Of a DNA stretch of 64,000 nt, positions 9,818-18,896 are shown one piece after another. The position numbers and the translations under genes were made by a program. The stretch comes from an uncultured Sphingomonadaceae bacterium (GTDB lineage: Bacteria > Pseudomonadota > Alphaproteobacteria > Sphingomonadales > Sphingomonadaceae), in the NCBI GenBank assembly GCA_947493215.1, contig CANLQE010000001.1, positions 1,611,404 through 1,675,403 on the forward strand, read 5' to 3'. Position 1 is the stretch's first letter, and each line of letters starts with the position of its first letter. The notes beneath the pieces were generated by a model, which made no database searches, was not told where the DNA came from, and saw only the letters and a program-made list of their open reading frames with translations.

Positions 9818-11191
9818 ATGGCATCAAAAGCCGATCAGGTCGCAGCAAATTTGAGCCTGGCAAAATTCGGAGAAGCAACCGAACTTCGCAAACGTATCTG
9901 GTTCACACTGGGTGCGTTGGTGATTTTTCGCCTGTTGAGTTTTGTGCCGTTGCCAGGCGTCGATCCAGTTGTATTGGCTGATCTTTATGATCAGACACGC
10001 GGCGGTGTTCTCGATATTTTCAACACATTTTCTGGCGGTTCGCTGGAACGGATGAGCCTGATCGCGCTTGGGGTCATGCCCTATATTACCGCGTCGATTG
10101 TGGTTCAACTGGCAGCGGCCTTGTCGCCGACATTGGCAGCTATCAAGAAAGATGGCGAGGCGGGCCGGAAGAAACTCAACCAATATACCCGCTATGGCAC
10201 GGTCGGACTGACGGCGATCCAGGGCTATTTCATCGCCGTCGGCCTTGAAAGTTTCGCATCGCAATCTGGTCTGCAAGCTGTGATTAATCCCGGCATAGGC
10301 TTTCGCATGGGCGCGGTTATCAGTCTTGTCGGTGGCACATTATTCCTGATGTGGCTGGGTGAGCAAATCACCAGCCGCGGTATCGGTAACGGTATTTCTT
10401 TGATTATTATGGCCGGTATTGTCGCCCAAATGCCGACCTTTGTTGGTAACCTGATGGAAGGCAGCCGCACCGGTTCGATCGGTGCCCTTACCATTGTTGG
10501 GTTGATTGCGATGGTAGTCTCACTGGTTCTATTCATCAGCTTTATGGAGCGCGCGCAAAGACGAGTGCTCATTCAATATCCAAAACGCGCTACGCAAAAT
10601 GGCGTGATGCAGGCGGACCGTAGTCACCTTCCTTTGAAGGTGAACACTGCCGGCGTTATCCCTCCAATCTTCGCATCGTCGCTGCTGTTGATGCCACTGA
10701 CCGTTAGTCAGTTTGCTGGCAACGCGACAGCTGGTGAAAGCGCCAGCGGTGACTTTATCATCGCGCTGAATCAGTATCTCGCACACGGACAGCCGCTTTA
10801 CATGGCGCTCTATGCGGCAGGTATTATCTTCTTCTGTTTCTTCTACACAGCGGTTGTTTTTAACCCGGAAGAGACAGCGGAGAATCTGAAGAAAAATGGT
10901 GGTTTCGTACCCGGCATTCGCCCTGGTAAGAATACGTCCGATTATTTGGATTATGTGTTGACCCGGATCACGGTCGTTGGCGCAGCTTATCTGGCATTGG
11001 TTTGTGTATTACCTGAATATGTGATGGCGCAGACGAACCTGCCGCTGTTTTTCTTAGGCGGCACCAGCTTGCTTATTATCGTGAACGTGACTGTCGATAC
11101 AGTGACCCAAATTCAAAGCCATTTGTTGGCTCTACAATATGGCGATCTGCTCAAAAAGGCCAAACTAAAAGGCGGCCGTCGCAAGCGTTAA
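9818..11191 (+). CDS. secY: Preprotein translocase subunit SecY
   Basis: 457 aa multi-TM protein with ...LGVMPYITASIVVQL...GEQITSRGIGNGISLII... Confidence 0.98.
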   Translation: MASKADQVAANLSLAKFGEATELRKRIWFTLGALVIFRLLSFVPLPGVDPVVLADLYDQTRGGVLDIFNTFSGGSLERMSLIALGVMPYITASIVVQLAAALSPTLAAIKKDGEAGRKKLNQYTRYGTVGLTAIQGYFIAVGLESFASQSGLQAVINPGIGFRMGAVISLVGGTLFLMWLGEQITSRGIGNGISLIIMAGIVAQMPTFVGNLMEGSRTGSIGALTIVGLIAMVVSLVLFISFMERAQRRVLIQYPKRATQNGVMQADRSHLPLKVNTAGVIPPIFASSLLLMPLTVSQFAGNATAGESASGDFIIALNQYLAHGQPLYMALYAAGIIFFCFFYTAVVFNPEETAENLKKNGGFVPGIRPGKNTSDYLDYVLTRITVVGAAYLALVCVLPEYVMAQTNLPLFFLGGTSLLIIVNVTVDTVTQIQSHLLALQYGDLLKKAKLKGGRRKR

Positions 11192-11234
11192 AAATATTCC
11201 TCCGGGATATACAGGTTATAGGGGACAGTAACTT

Positions 11235-11885
11235 ATGGACATTATCCTGTTGGGACCACCGGGTGCCGGTAAAGGCACTCAGGCGGGTCTTCTTGAAGGC
11301 GGGCATGGCATGGTCCAAATCTCTACCGGGGACATGCTTCGCGCTGCTAAAACAGCGAATACAGAACTGGGGCAGCGTGTCAAAGCGGTCATGGACTCTG
11401 GAGAATTGGTCTCAGATGAAATTGTTTCGAATCTGATCATGGAAAAACTCGATGATTTGGGGCCGGACCAGGGCGTGATTTTCGACGGCTATCCGCGTAC
11501 TGAGGCACAAGTCTATTCTCTCGACGAGATTTTGACTGCCCGCAATCGCAAGCTTCATCATGTTATTGAGTTGGCAGTGGATGTTGAAGCGTTGGTAGAA
11601 CGTATTACCGGTCGCTTCACCTGCGGCAATTGCGGTGAAGGTTATCATGACACATTCAAACAGCCCACTAAAGAGGGTGTTTGCGATGTTTGCGGTTCGA
11701 CTGAATTCAAACGGCGTCCGGACGATAACGAAGAAACCGTTCGCACGCGCATGGGCGAATATCGCGCCAAGACCCAACCGATTCTGCCAATCTATGAAGA
11801 ACGCGGCATCGTTACAAAAGTCGATGGTATGGGCAGCATGGATGCGGTCAGCAATGCGATTGAGGCAGTTCTGGCACTGGATTGA
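11235..11885 (+). CDS. adk: Adenylate kinase
   Basis: MDIILLGPPGAGKGTQA... P-loop. LID region with CGNCGEGYH...CDVCG zinc-type motif. Confidence 0.97.
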   Translation: MDIILLGPPGAGKGTQAGLLEGGHGMVQISTGDMLRAAKTANTELGQRVKAVMDSGELVSDEIVSNLIMEKLDDLGPDQGVIFDGYPRTEAQVYSLDEILTARNRKLHHVIELAVDVEALVERITGRFTCGNCGEGYHDTFKQPTKEGVCDVCGSTEFKRRPDDNEETVRTRMGEYRAKTQPILPIYEERGIVTKVDGMGSMDAVSNAIEAVLALD

Positions 11886-11966
11886 TTCGGGTTGCCTATT
11901 GGCTGATAAACATTGCCAGCGATAAGGACGGCCATTAGTCTCCCGCCCAACAGGGGGAGACACATA

Positions 11967-12560
11967 TTGTTCCGATTCATATTCTTAATTGCGGCTATCT
12001 TTGGCGCAACCACGGCTCAGGCCGAAGTTACCAACACAACCGATAATGGTTTTACTTCAAAACACGAAGCGCAGGTCAACGCTGCACCGGATGAGATTTG
12101 GAAAACCCTAATCGCGCCAGCACGCTGGTGGAACGGCGAGCATAGCTTTTCGGGCAATGCAGAAAATTTATATTTGGTGCCGCAAGCAGGGGGCTGTTTC
12201 TGCGAGCTGTTGCGCAAGACCGATGCGGATAATATCAAATCGGCAGAAGGCAGCGTGCAACATATGCGCGTCCTCTTTGCACAAAATAGCAAAGCGCTGC
12301 GTATGTCGGGAGCGCTGGGACCACTGCAGGGCGAAGCTGTCACTGGTACGTTGACGATTCAGCTAAAGCCAGACGGCGAAAATACAGCGGTTTCATTCAC
12401 CTATAAAGTCGGTGGTTATATGGAGTTTCCGGTCGATCAGATCGCCCCAGCCGTCGACAGCGTCATTGGTGAACAGCTTGCAAGGCTGGCGGCATTATTT
12501 GCGGCCGAGGAAGAGGCTGGTGTTGAACCGGAAAGCGAAGCGGAAGAAGTCGAGAACTAG
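11967..12560 (+). CDS. SRPBCC-family (AHSA1/polyketide-cyclase-like) protein with signal peptide and acidic C-tail
   Basis: The ORF is open from 11913. GGGGGAG at 11953-11959 is followed 7 nt later by TTG 11967, giving MFRFIFLIAAIFGATTAQA/EV... (signal peptide). The fold call comes from general resemblance only. Confidence 0.55.
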   Translation: MFRFIFLIAAIFGATTAQAEVTNTTDNGFTSKHEAQVNAAPDEIWKTLIAPARWWNGEHSFSGNAENLYLVPQAGGCFCELLRKTDADNIKSAEGSVQHMRVLFAQNSKALRMSGALGPLQGEAVTGTLTIQLKPDGENTAVSFTYKVGGYMEFPVDQIAPAVDSVIGEQLARLAALFAAEEEAGVEPESEAEEVEN

Positions 12561-12696
12561 GATTGATTAAGCCGGAATATCAAAGCTTTACCAAACGAAC
12601 AAATTGCCGTTAATATGATGCCATAATCAATTGCGATTCGAGGGCATTGCAGTTGATAACGGGCGCGCAGATAATCACCTAAGGGGGAGTAAGACG

Positions 12697-14052
12697 ATGG
12701 CCGTATCCGATCATGTAGATTTTCCAACATTCATGGCAGGCGTTAAAAAACGCAATCCAGGACAAACCGAATTTATTCAAGCGGTGCAAGAAGTCGCCCA
12801 GGATATTTACGGATTTATTGACGATAAAGAAGAATATCACGCTGCGCAGATATTACGGCGTATGGCCGAGCCCGATCGTGTGGTTTCTTTCCGTGTATGT
12901 TGGGAAGATGACAACCACAACATTCGCGTCCAACGCGGTTGGCGGGTTCAGAACAATAATGCCATTGGTCCGTATAAGGGCGGGGTCCGTTTCCACCCCA
13001 GCGTGACTGAAAGTGTGCTGAAGTTTCTGGCCTTTGAGCAGACTTTCAAAAACTCGCTGACCGGCCTGCCTATGGGCGGCGGTAAGGGTGGAGCGAACTT
13101 CAATCCTAAAGGCAAGTCCGACGCGGAAGTTATGCGCTTCTGCCAATCGTTCATGACTGAGCTTTATCGCCATATTGGTCCCGATACCGATGTGCCTGCG
13201 GGCGATATCGGAGTAGGCGGTCGTGAAATTGGCTATATGTTCGGCCAATATAAGCGGATCACCAATCGCTGGGAAGGAGTCCTTACGGGTAAAGGCCGGG
13301 AATATGGCGGCAGCGCAATGCGGCCTGAGGCAACCGGCTATGGAGCGGTTTACTTCATGCAGAATATGTTGGCCCATAAAAAGGACACGATTGAAGGCAA
13401 AACAGCGGTTATTTCCGGATCCGGGAATGTCGCTACCCATGCGGCCGAGCAAATTACCAAACAAGGCGGCAAAGTATTAACCCTGTCCGACAGTGGCGGC
13501 TTTGTGCATGACCCCGATGGCTTCACCCAAGAGAAAATTGACTGGGTTAAAGAACATAAAACCCATCGCCGCGGACGCATGTCGGAATATGTCGATGAGT
13601 TTAAAGGGGCAAGTTTCCATGAAGGACAGCGTCCTTGGAGCGTGGCCTGCGATCTTGCTCTACCCTGCGCCACGCAGAACGAACTAAATGAAGACGAAGC
13701 CAAAATGCTGGTCTCAAATGGCGTGATAGCAGTGTCCGAAGGCGCGAACATGCCCACGACTTTGGAAGGCGTCCATGTCTTTCACGATGCCAAAATCATG
13801 TATGGCCCGGGTAAAGCGGCCAATGCCGGCGGTGTTGCTGTTTCCGGCTTGGAAATGAGCCAAAATGCGGAACGCATCAGCTGGAACCACGAGCGGCTCG
13901 GCACCATGCTGACCGAACTGATGGAAGGCATCCACAGCCAATGCGTCGAATATGGTGATCAGGGCGATGGTTATGTCGATTATGTGAAGGGCGCGAACAT
14001 CGCAGGCTTCAAAAAAGTAGCCGACGCGATGCTGGCTTACGGGGTTGTCTAA
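12697..14052 (+). CDS. gdhA: NADP-specific glutamate dehydrogenase
   Basis: MAVSDHVDFPTFMAGVKKRNPGQTEFIQAVQEV...GLPMGGGKGGANFNPKG... AAGGGGGAG lies upstream of ATG 12697. The track start at 12631 is a TTG with no support. Confidence 0.95.
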   Translation: MAVSDHVDFPTFMAGVKKRNPGQTEFIQAVQEVAQDIYGFIDDKEEYHAAQILRRMAEPDRVVSFRVCWEDDNHNIRVQRGWRVQNNNAIGPYKGGVRFHPSVTESVLKFLAFEQTFKNSLTGLPMGGGKGGANFNPKGKSDAEVMRFCQSFMTELYRHIGPDTDVPAGDIGVGGREIGYMFGQYKRITNRWEGVLTGKGREYGGSAMRPEATGYGAVYFMQNMLAHKKDTIEGKTAVISGSGNVATHAAEQITKQGGKVLTLSDSGGFVHDPDGFTQEKIDWVKEHKTHRRGRMSEYVDEFKGASFHEGQRPWSVACDLALPCATQNELNEDEAKMLVSNGVIAVSEGANMPTTLEGVHVFHDAKIMYGPGKAANAGGVAVSGLEMSQNAERISWNHERLGTMLTELMEGIHSQCVEYGDQGDGYVDYVKGANIAGFKKVADAMLAYGVV

Positions 14053-14068
14053 ACCTTGAATGGATTGA

Positions 14069-14098
14069 GGGCTCGCCGGGGTGATCCCCTGGCGGGCC
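14069..14098. terminator. Imperfect GC-rich hairpin between convergent gdhA and the MFS gene, possibly a bidirectional terminator
   Basis: GGGCTCGCCGGGG-tgat-CCCCTGGCGGGCC has 2 mismatches in the stem and a weak T tract. Confidence 0.35.
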
Positions 14099-14286
14099 GT
14101 ATATTTATGATGAGCGTTCCGGTAGCGTAAAAACTGTGTCCAATGGCTGCTTTATCCCGAAAGCGGACACTAGCTTAGGTTGTTTCTAACGACAGCAACT
14201 GGGCCGATTACAGACTGTCTGCTTTCCGTCATCAGTCTGCAAATAGCCGCCGTTCCGTTCCCGACCCAATTTCGGCCAAAGGCCAG

Positions 14287-15597
14287 CTAGTCAGTTGTCA
14301 GAACAGATTTCGTTTCATCCACAATCAAAATCGGCCCCGCTGCTTCACGTCGCATGAAGAGGGTAAAGAGGCTAGCGAGAAAAAACGTTATCGCAGCCAT
14401 CCCAAATATCGCGGCGAAGCCGCCCATCTCTTCAAGCGGGCCTAGTACGAAACCGCCTATGCTTCCTCCCAATGCTTGGTTTGCAATGATCAGTGCAAAC
14501 GAAGTTGCGGCAACTTCTTTCGCACTAACCCGCATCGCCATGACAAGAAACGAAAGATAGAACAATGTGATGAAAAGTGAGCTCGAAAGGAACCAAGCAA
14601 TGAAGATCGTCTGGTTGGTCCATAATGTGTCGGCGACAGCATATCCGCCGAACAAGACGAGCCCAGCAAAGCCTCCAACCAACGCCATTGCCCTTGGACC
14701 ATATCGATCGATCAAGACCCCGCCAACCAGCAAAGAGAGACCGCCGACAATAAGGTTACTTATCCCCATCAGGTTGCCGTACGCACTCTCACCCCATCCC
14801 AAAACGCGTGCGGCGAAAATCGCTGATCCTTGATCACTCAGTGTCTGGTGAATTCCATATGTTATCAGAAGGGCGATAACGAGCAGCGTATCCCGCTTTA
14901 GCAGCGTGGTAAGTGCTAGACGGAAAATCGGCCACCAGGCCTCCGGCTTTATTGCCATAGCTTCATCAGAAGTTTCACCTGTTGTCCATGGAAGCAAGCG
15001 CTCTTCTGGGCGCTCACGAATTGCGATTGCAGCCAGTGCCGGTATCGCGAATAGCACCATCATCGCCAGCATCGCTGCATCGATGCCATGATGCTGTATG
15101 AAATAGGCGGTTACTGCCGTTCCTCCAGCGATGCCAAACAACTTTCCGCCAAACATAAATCCATTTAGGCGACCTCTTTCTCTATCAGGTGTGAGGTCGA
15201 TAACGAGCGCATCAAGTGCAACGTCCTGAATTGCGGTTAGTGAAGACAAAGCAAAGGTAAAGGCGATCACCATCGTTGTCTCGCTTGGTAATGGCGACAC
15301 GACTGCATAGGCGAGGAACATGAGTGTGATACATAGTTGCACTCCCACCAGCCAAGGTCTCCGGCGGCCCATGGGCATAAAGGTGTAACGGTCCATAAGA
15401 GCGCCTACGGCCCACTTCAACATCCAAGGCAGAGTTGCCGCAGCAGCAGCCGATCCTACAACTGTCGCGCTTTGCCCATTTACAGCGAGCCAACTTGGGA
15501 TGGCATAGAAGACGACACCTTGGGGGAAACCTTGCGCTAGATAGAGCAGGGTTCCCATGAACAATCGGAGATTTCGGCTATCGGTGAATGCGGGCAA
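14287..15597 (-). CDS. MFS transporter (AmpG/PAT-like)
   Basis: 436 aa with about 12 predicted TM segments, ...LYLAQGFPQGVVFYAIPSWLA...MDRYTFMPMGRRRPWL... Opposite strand to the ribosomal operons. Confidence 0.8.
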   Translation of the reverse strand: MPAFTDSRNLRLFMGTLLYLAQGFPQGVVFYAIPSWLAVNGQSATVVGSAAAAATLPWMLKWAVGALMDRYTFMPMGRRRPWLVGVQLCITLMFLAYAVVSPLPSETTMVIAFTFALSSLTAIQDVALDALVIDLTPDRERGRLNGFMFGGKLFGIAGGTAVTAYFIQHHGIDAAMLAMMVLFAIPALAAIAIRERPEERLLPWTTGETSDEAMAIKPEAWWPIFRLALTTLLKRDTLLVIALLITYGIHQTLSDQGSAIFAARVLGWGESAYGNLMGISNLIVGGLSLLVGGVLIDRYGPRAMALVGGFAGLVLFGGYAVADTLWTNQTIFIAWFLSSSLFITLFYLSFLVMAMRVSAKEVAATSFALIIANQALGGSIGGFVLGPLEEMGGFAAIFGMAAITFFLASLFTLFMRREAAGPILIVDETKSVLTTD

Positions 15598-16151
15598 ACG
15601 ACGCCCCTCTGCTACTACACTCGCGATTATAGTTCTCCTAAACAGGCCAAATTCACTGCGTAAATACTGGGGCTAGTGATTGATCCATTGCGCTGATCCG
15701 CTGGCGGCAACACACCCCACTGCTAGCGCGATCGTTATTCTGGCCAGTTTATTCAACGTCTTCACCCCCAAGCTTCAACAGACAAAGCTCCGCCATAGGC
15801 AGAAACGGGGTTTCCGTACCGCACCGAAAAGTCTAACTTATCTGTAATTCCAATGCGCTCTTGATGCCCGGAAATGTAACTTTGCGTCAACGGCGCTATC
15901 GTCAAAAAAGCGTCAATAATCACCTATTTGGTGCCCGAAGGCTTGGGCAGCAGGTCCGGCCAGCCACAGCGGACGTAGGATGTGACTGTTGTGAACGTCC
16001 GTCATCGCGGCGTTATCCGACCGATAGCTTCTGCATTCCTAGTGTCCGCTTTTGCGCCCATAGCGGTCTCTCGCAAGATAGCTGACGAGAGGGATTGATC
16101 GCATAAACTGGATATGTATGAGAATCTGCGGCTCAGCCGCGCAAACCGCGC

Positions 16152-16180
16152 TTGACAGCGCCAGCGACTCTCCCTATCTC
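16152..16180 (+). promoter_or_regulatory. Sigma-70-like promoter candidate for rpsM-rpsK-rpoA-rplQ
   Basis: TTGACA (16152-16157), 17 nt spacer, TATCTC (16175-16180), about 140 nt upstream of the rpsM start. Confidence 0.45.
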
Positions 16181-16317
16181 AACTTTATTCGAAATCCATA
16201 GCAACCGGCAACGCTTTCGTGGCGTCCGCTGGTTTTGTGCGTTTTGGATGTAATTTTAACAGCTTAGCTATGAGATAGGGGCCGGCGAATCGGTCTCTGT
16301 GGAGCAGGAGAAAAATA

Positions 16318-16686
16318 TTGGCACGTATTGCCGGGGTAAATATCCCAACAAACAAGCGCGTAATTATCTCGCTTACCTATATTCACGGTATCGGACGCAC
16401 AAAAGCAGCCGAAATTGTTGAAAAATTGAAAATCGATCCAGCCCGCCGGGTTCAGGACCTTACCGATCAGGAAGTTTTGCAGATTCGCGAGACAATTGAT
16501 GCGGATCTGACTGTTGAAGGTGACTTGCGTCGCGAAACCGCAATGAACATCAAGCGTCTTATGGATCTGGCCTGCTATCGCGGTCTTCGTCATCGTAAAG
16601 GACTTCCTGTTCGCGGACAGCGTACGCATACCAATGCGCGCACCCGTAAAGGTAAGCCAAAAGCGATTGCTGGTAAGAAAAAATAA
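16318..16686 (+). CDS. rpsM: 30S ribosomal protein S13
   Basis: TTG start preceded by [31 protein letters not shown]... Confidence 0.97.
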   Translation: MARIAGVNIPTNKRVIISLTYIHGIGRTKAAEIVEKLKIDPARRVQDLTDQEVLQIRETIDADLTVEGDLRRETAMNIKRLMDLACYRGLRHRKGLPVRGQRTHTNARTRKGKPKAIAGKKK

Positions 16687-16747
16687 GACGGTACCCCAAG
16701 TTTGTTGGGGACTTGTCTCTTCTGGATATTAGGTAGGAATTGATCAC

Positions 16748-17137
16748 ATGGCTCGCGAACCACAACGCGTAAAAAAGAGCGCGCGCAAAAATATTTCGGC
16801 AGGCGTAGCGCACGTCAACGCCACATTTAACAACACGATGGTCACCATCACCGATGCGCAGGGCAATGCGATAAGCTGGTCTTCTGCAGGTATGATGGGT
16901 TTTAAAGGCTCTCGTAAATCTACGCCGTACGCAGCGCAGGTTGCAGCAGAAGACGCTGGCAAGAAAGCAGCTGACCATGGTGTTCGCACCTTGGAAGTCG
17001 AAGTGAAAGGCCCTGGCTCCGGCCGTGAGTCCGCTCTTCGCGCGCTACAGGCAGTCGGTTTCACCATTACCTCGATCCGCGATGTTACGCCGATCCCGCA
17101 TAATGGTGTCCGTCCGTCCAAACGCCGCCGCGTTTAA
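16748..17137 (+). CDS. rpsK: 30S ribosomal protein S11
   Basis: ...[30 protein letters not shown]... Confidence 0.98.
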   Translation: MAREPQRVKKSARKNISAGVAHVNATFNNTMVTITDAQGNAISWSSAGMMGFKGSRKSTPYAAQVAAEDAGKKAADHGVRTLEVEVKGPGSGRESALRALQAVGFTITSIRDVTPIPHNGVRPSKRRRV

Positions 17138-17240
17138 GCCACGCAAGTTTACGGGAACTATCCGGCCGGTAGTTTCCAATTTTTGGTAATTCGGAGTGGT
17201 AACGGTCCAACCCACTCTTTGAACTCACTAGGGGAAGTCC

Positions 17241-18299
17241 ATGACTGTCAATATGAAGAACTGGCAAGAACTGAAGAAGCCCAATGTTCTCGATATAAAA
17301 TCCGGTGGTGATCCCAAGCGTAAAGCTACTTTTGTAGCTGAACCTCTTGAGCGCGGCTTTGGCTTGACCATCGGTAACGCGCTACGCCGTGTTTTGCTGT
17401 CATCGCTACAAGGCGCTGCAGTTACCTCGATCAAGATCGAAAATGCTCTGCATGAATTCTCGTCGCTTCCGGGCGTACGTGAAGATGTCACCGACATTGT
17501 TTTGAACGTCAAACAGATCGCTTTGAAGATGGAAGGCGAAGACGCCAAGCGTCTGCAGCTTTCTGCAACGGGTCCTGCTGAAGTCACAGCGGGCGATATT
17601 GCGGTTTCCGGCGACATCGAAGTGATGAACCCTGATCTGGTTATCTGTCACCTTGATGAAGGCGCATCCTTCAACATGGAACTGACCGTCAATGTAGGTA
17701 AAGGCTATGTGCCAGCGGTTGCTAACCGTCCTGCAGATGCACCAATCGGCTTGATCCCGGTGGATTCACTCTACTCGCCCATTCGTCAGGTTTCTTACAA
17801 AGTCGACAATGCCCGTGTTGGTCAGGAGCTTGACTTTGATAAGCTGAACCTCACCATCGACACTGACGGCACCGTAACGCCGGAAGATGCCATTGCTTAT
17901 GCAGCGCGCATTCTTCAGGACCAGTTGCAGCTGTTTGTGCATTTCGAAGAAGCTTTGGAAAGCGTATCATCGCCTATCGGCATGGCAGCAGCCCAGAGCC
18001 AGCAGGAAAGCGACGCCAACCAGCTCAACCGCTATCTTCTCAAGAAGGTCGACGAGTTGGAACTTTCGGTACGTTCGGCAAACTGCCTCAAGAACGACAA
18101 TATCATCTATATTGGCGATCTGGTGCAGAAGACCGAAGCCGAAATGCTGCGTACGCCTAATTTTGGCCGTAAGTCCTTGAATGAAATCAAGGAAGTATTG
18201 TCCAGCATGGGCCTGCGTCTCGGCATGGACATCCCTGGATGGCCGCCTGAAAATATCGAAGAAATGGCTAAGAAGCTCGAGCAAGAGCTGCTTGGTTAA
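17241..18299 (+). CDS. rpoA: DNA-directed RNA polymerase subunit alpha
   Basis: ...NWQELKKPN...[36 protein letters not shown]..., and C-terminal domain ...[23 protein letters not shown]... Confidence 0.98.
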   Translation: MTVNMKNWQELKKPNVLDIKSGGDPKRKATFVAEPLERGFGLTIGNALRRVLLSSLQGAAVTSIKIENALHEFSSLPGVREDVTDIVLNVKQIALKMEGEDAKRLQLSATGPAEVTAGDIAVSGDIEVMNPDLVICHLDEGASFNMELTVNVGKGYVPAVANRPADAPIGLIPVDSLYSPIRQVSYKVDNARVGQELDFDKLNLTIDTDGTVTPEDAIAYAARILQDQLQLFVHFEEALESVSSPIGMAAAQSQQESDANQLNRYLLKKVDELELSVRSANCLKNDNIIYIGDLVQKTEAEMLRTPNFGRKSLNEIKEVLSSMGLRLGMDIPGWPPENIEEMAKKLEQELLG

Positions 18300-18376
18300 A
18301 CGGGAAACTGGCCGACCCGCAAATCGGCCTGCATCGGGGTACCTCATACGGCCCCAATACGAACGGAGTATAGAAT

Positions 18377-18799
18377 ATGCGTCATAGAATGAAGGGCCGC
18401 CGTATGCAGCGGACCGGTGCTCACCGTCAGGCTTTGCTGAAAAACCTGTCTGCGGCACTGATCAAGCACGAGCAGATCATGACGACCCTGCCTAAAGCTA
18501 AAGAAATGCGGGCTTATGTAGAGAAGTTGATCACGTTGGGTAAAAAAGGTGGCTTGTCCAACCGTCGCTTGGCTCACGCACGTTTGATGGACGAGACCCA
18601 AGAAAAGAAACTCTTCGGTGAGCTAGCTGAACGTTATGCCGACCGTAGCGGTGGCTATACCCGGGTTATCAAAGCCGGTTTCCGCGATTCAGACGCTGCT
18701 GCTATGGCAGTCATCGAATTGGTGGATCGTAACGAAGAAGCAAAAGGTCAGGACAGTGGTCCAGATCAAAATGCTGAAGAAGATTTCGAAGAGGCGTAA
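18377..18799 (+). CDS. rplQ: 50S ribosomal protein L17
   Basis: [34 protein letters not shown]... Acidic C-tail. Confidence 0.97.
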   Translation: MRHRMKGRRMQRTGAHRQALLKNLSAALIKHEQIMTTLPKAKEMRAYVEKLITLGKKGGLSNRRLAHARLMDETQEKKLFGELAERYADRSGGYTRVIKAGFRDSDAAAMAVIELVDRNEEAKGQDSGPDQNAEEDFEEA

Positions 18800-18833
18800 G
18801 CTCCTTCATCTGAAAGACAGTTTCAATTGATAT

Positions 18834-18874
18834 AAGAGGCTGCGAGCGATAAGCTTGTGGCCTCTTTTCTTTTG
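18834..18874 (+). terminator. Rho-independent terminator after rplQ
   Basis: AAGAGGC, 19-nt loop, GCCTCTT, followed by TTTTCTTTTG. Confidence 0.6.
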
Positions 18875-18896
18875 CTTCCATTTTCGGGGAATTCTC

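Noticed and set aside
14160-16052. A 14-nt perfect inverted repeat bracketing the MFS transporter, considered as transposon or IS ends.
   Set aside because: There is no transposase or integrase and no target-site duplication. A single 14-mer inverted match within 2 kb is about what chance allows in a window of this size. I kept it only as a possible REP-like element.
15861-16085. 74-aa ORF inside the long MFS-rpsM intergenic region.
   Set aside because: It has a TTG start without a Shine-Dalgarno sequence. Its composition is Arg/Cys/Ser-rich and nonsense-like, with no family resemblance. I treat the region as non-coding.
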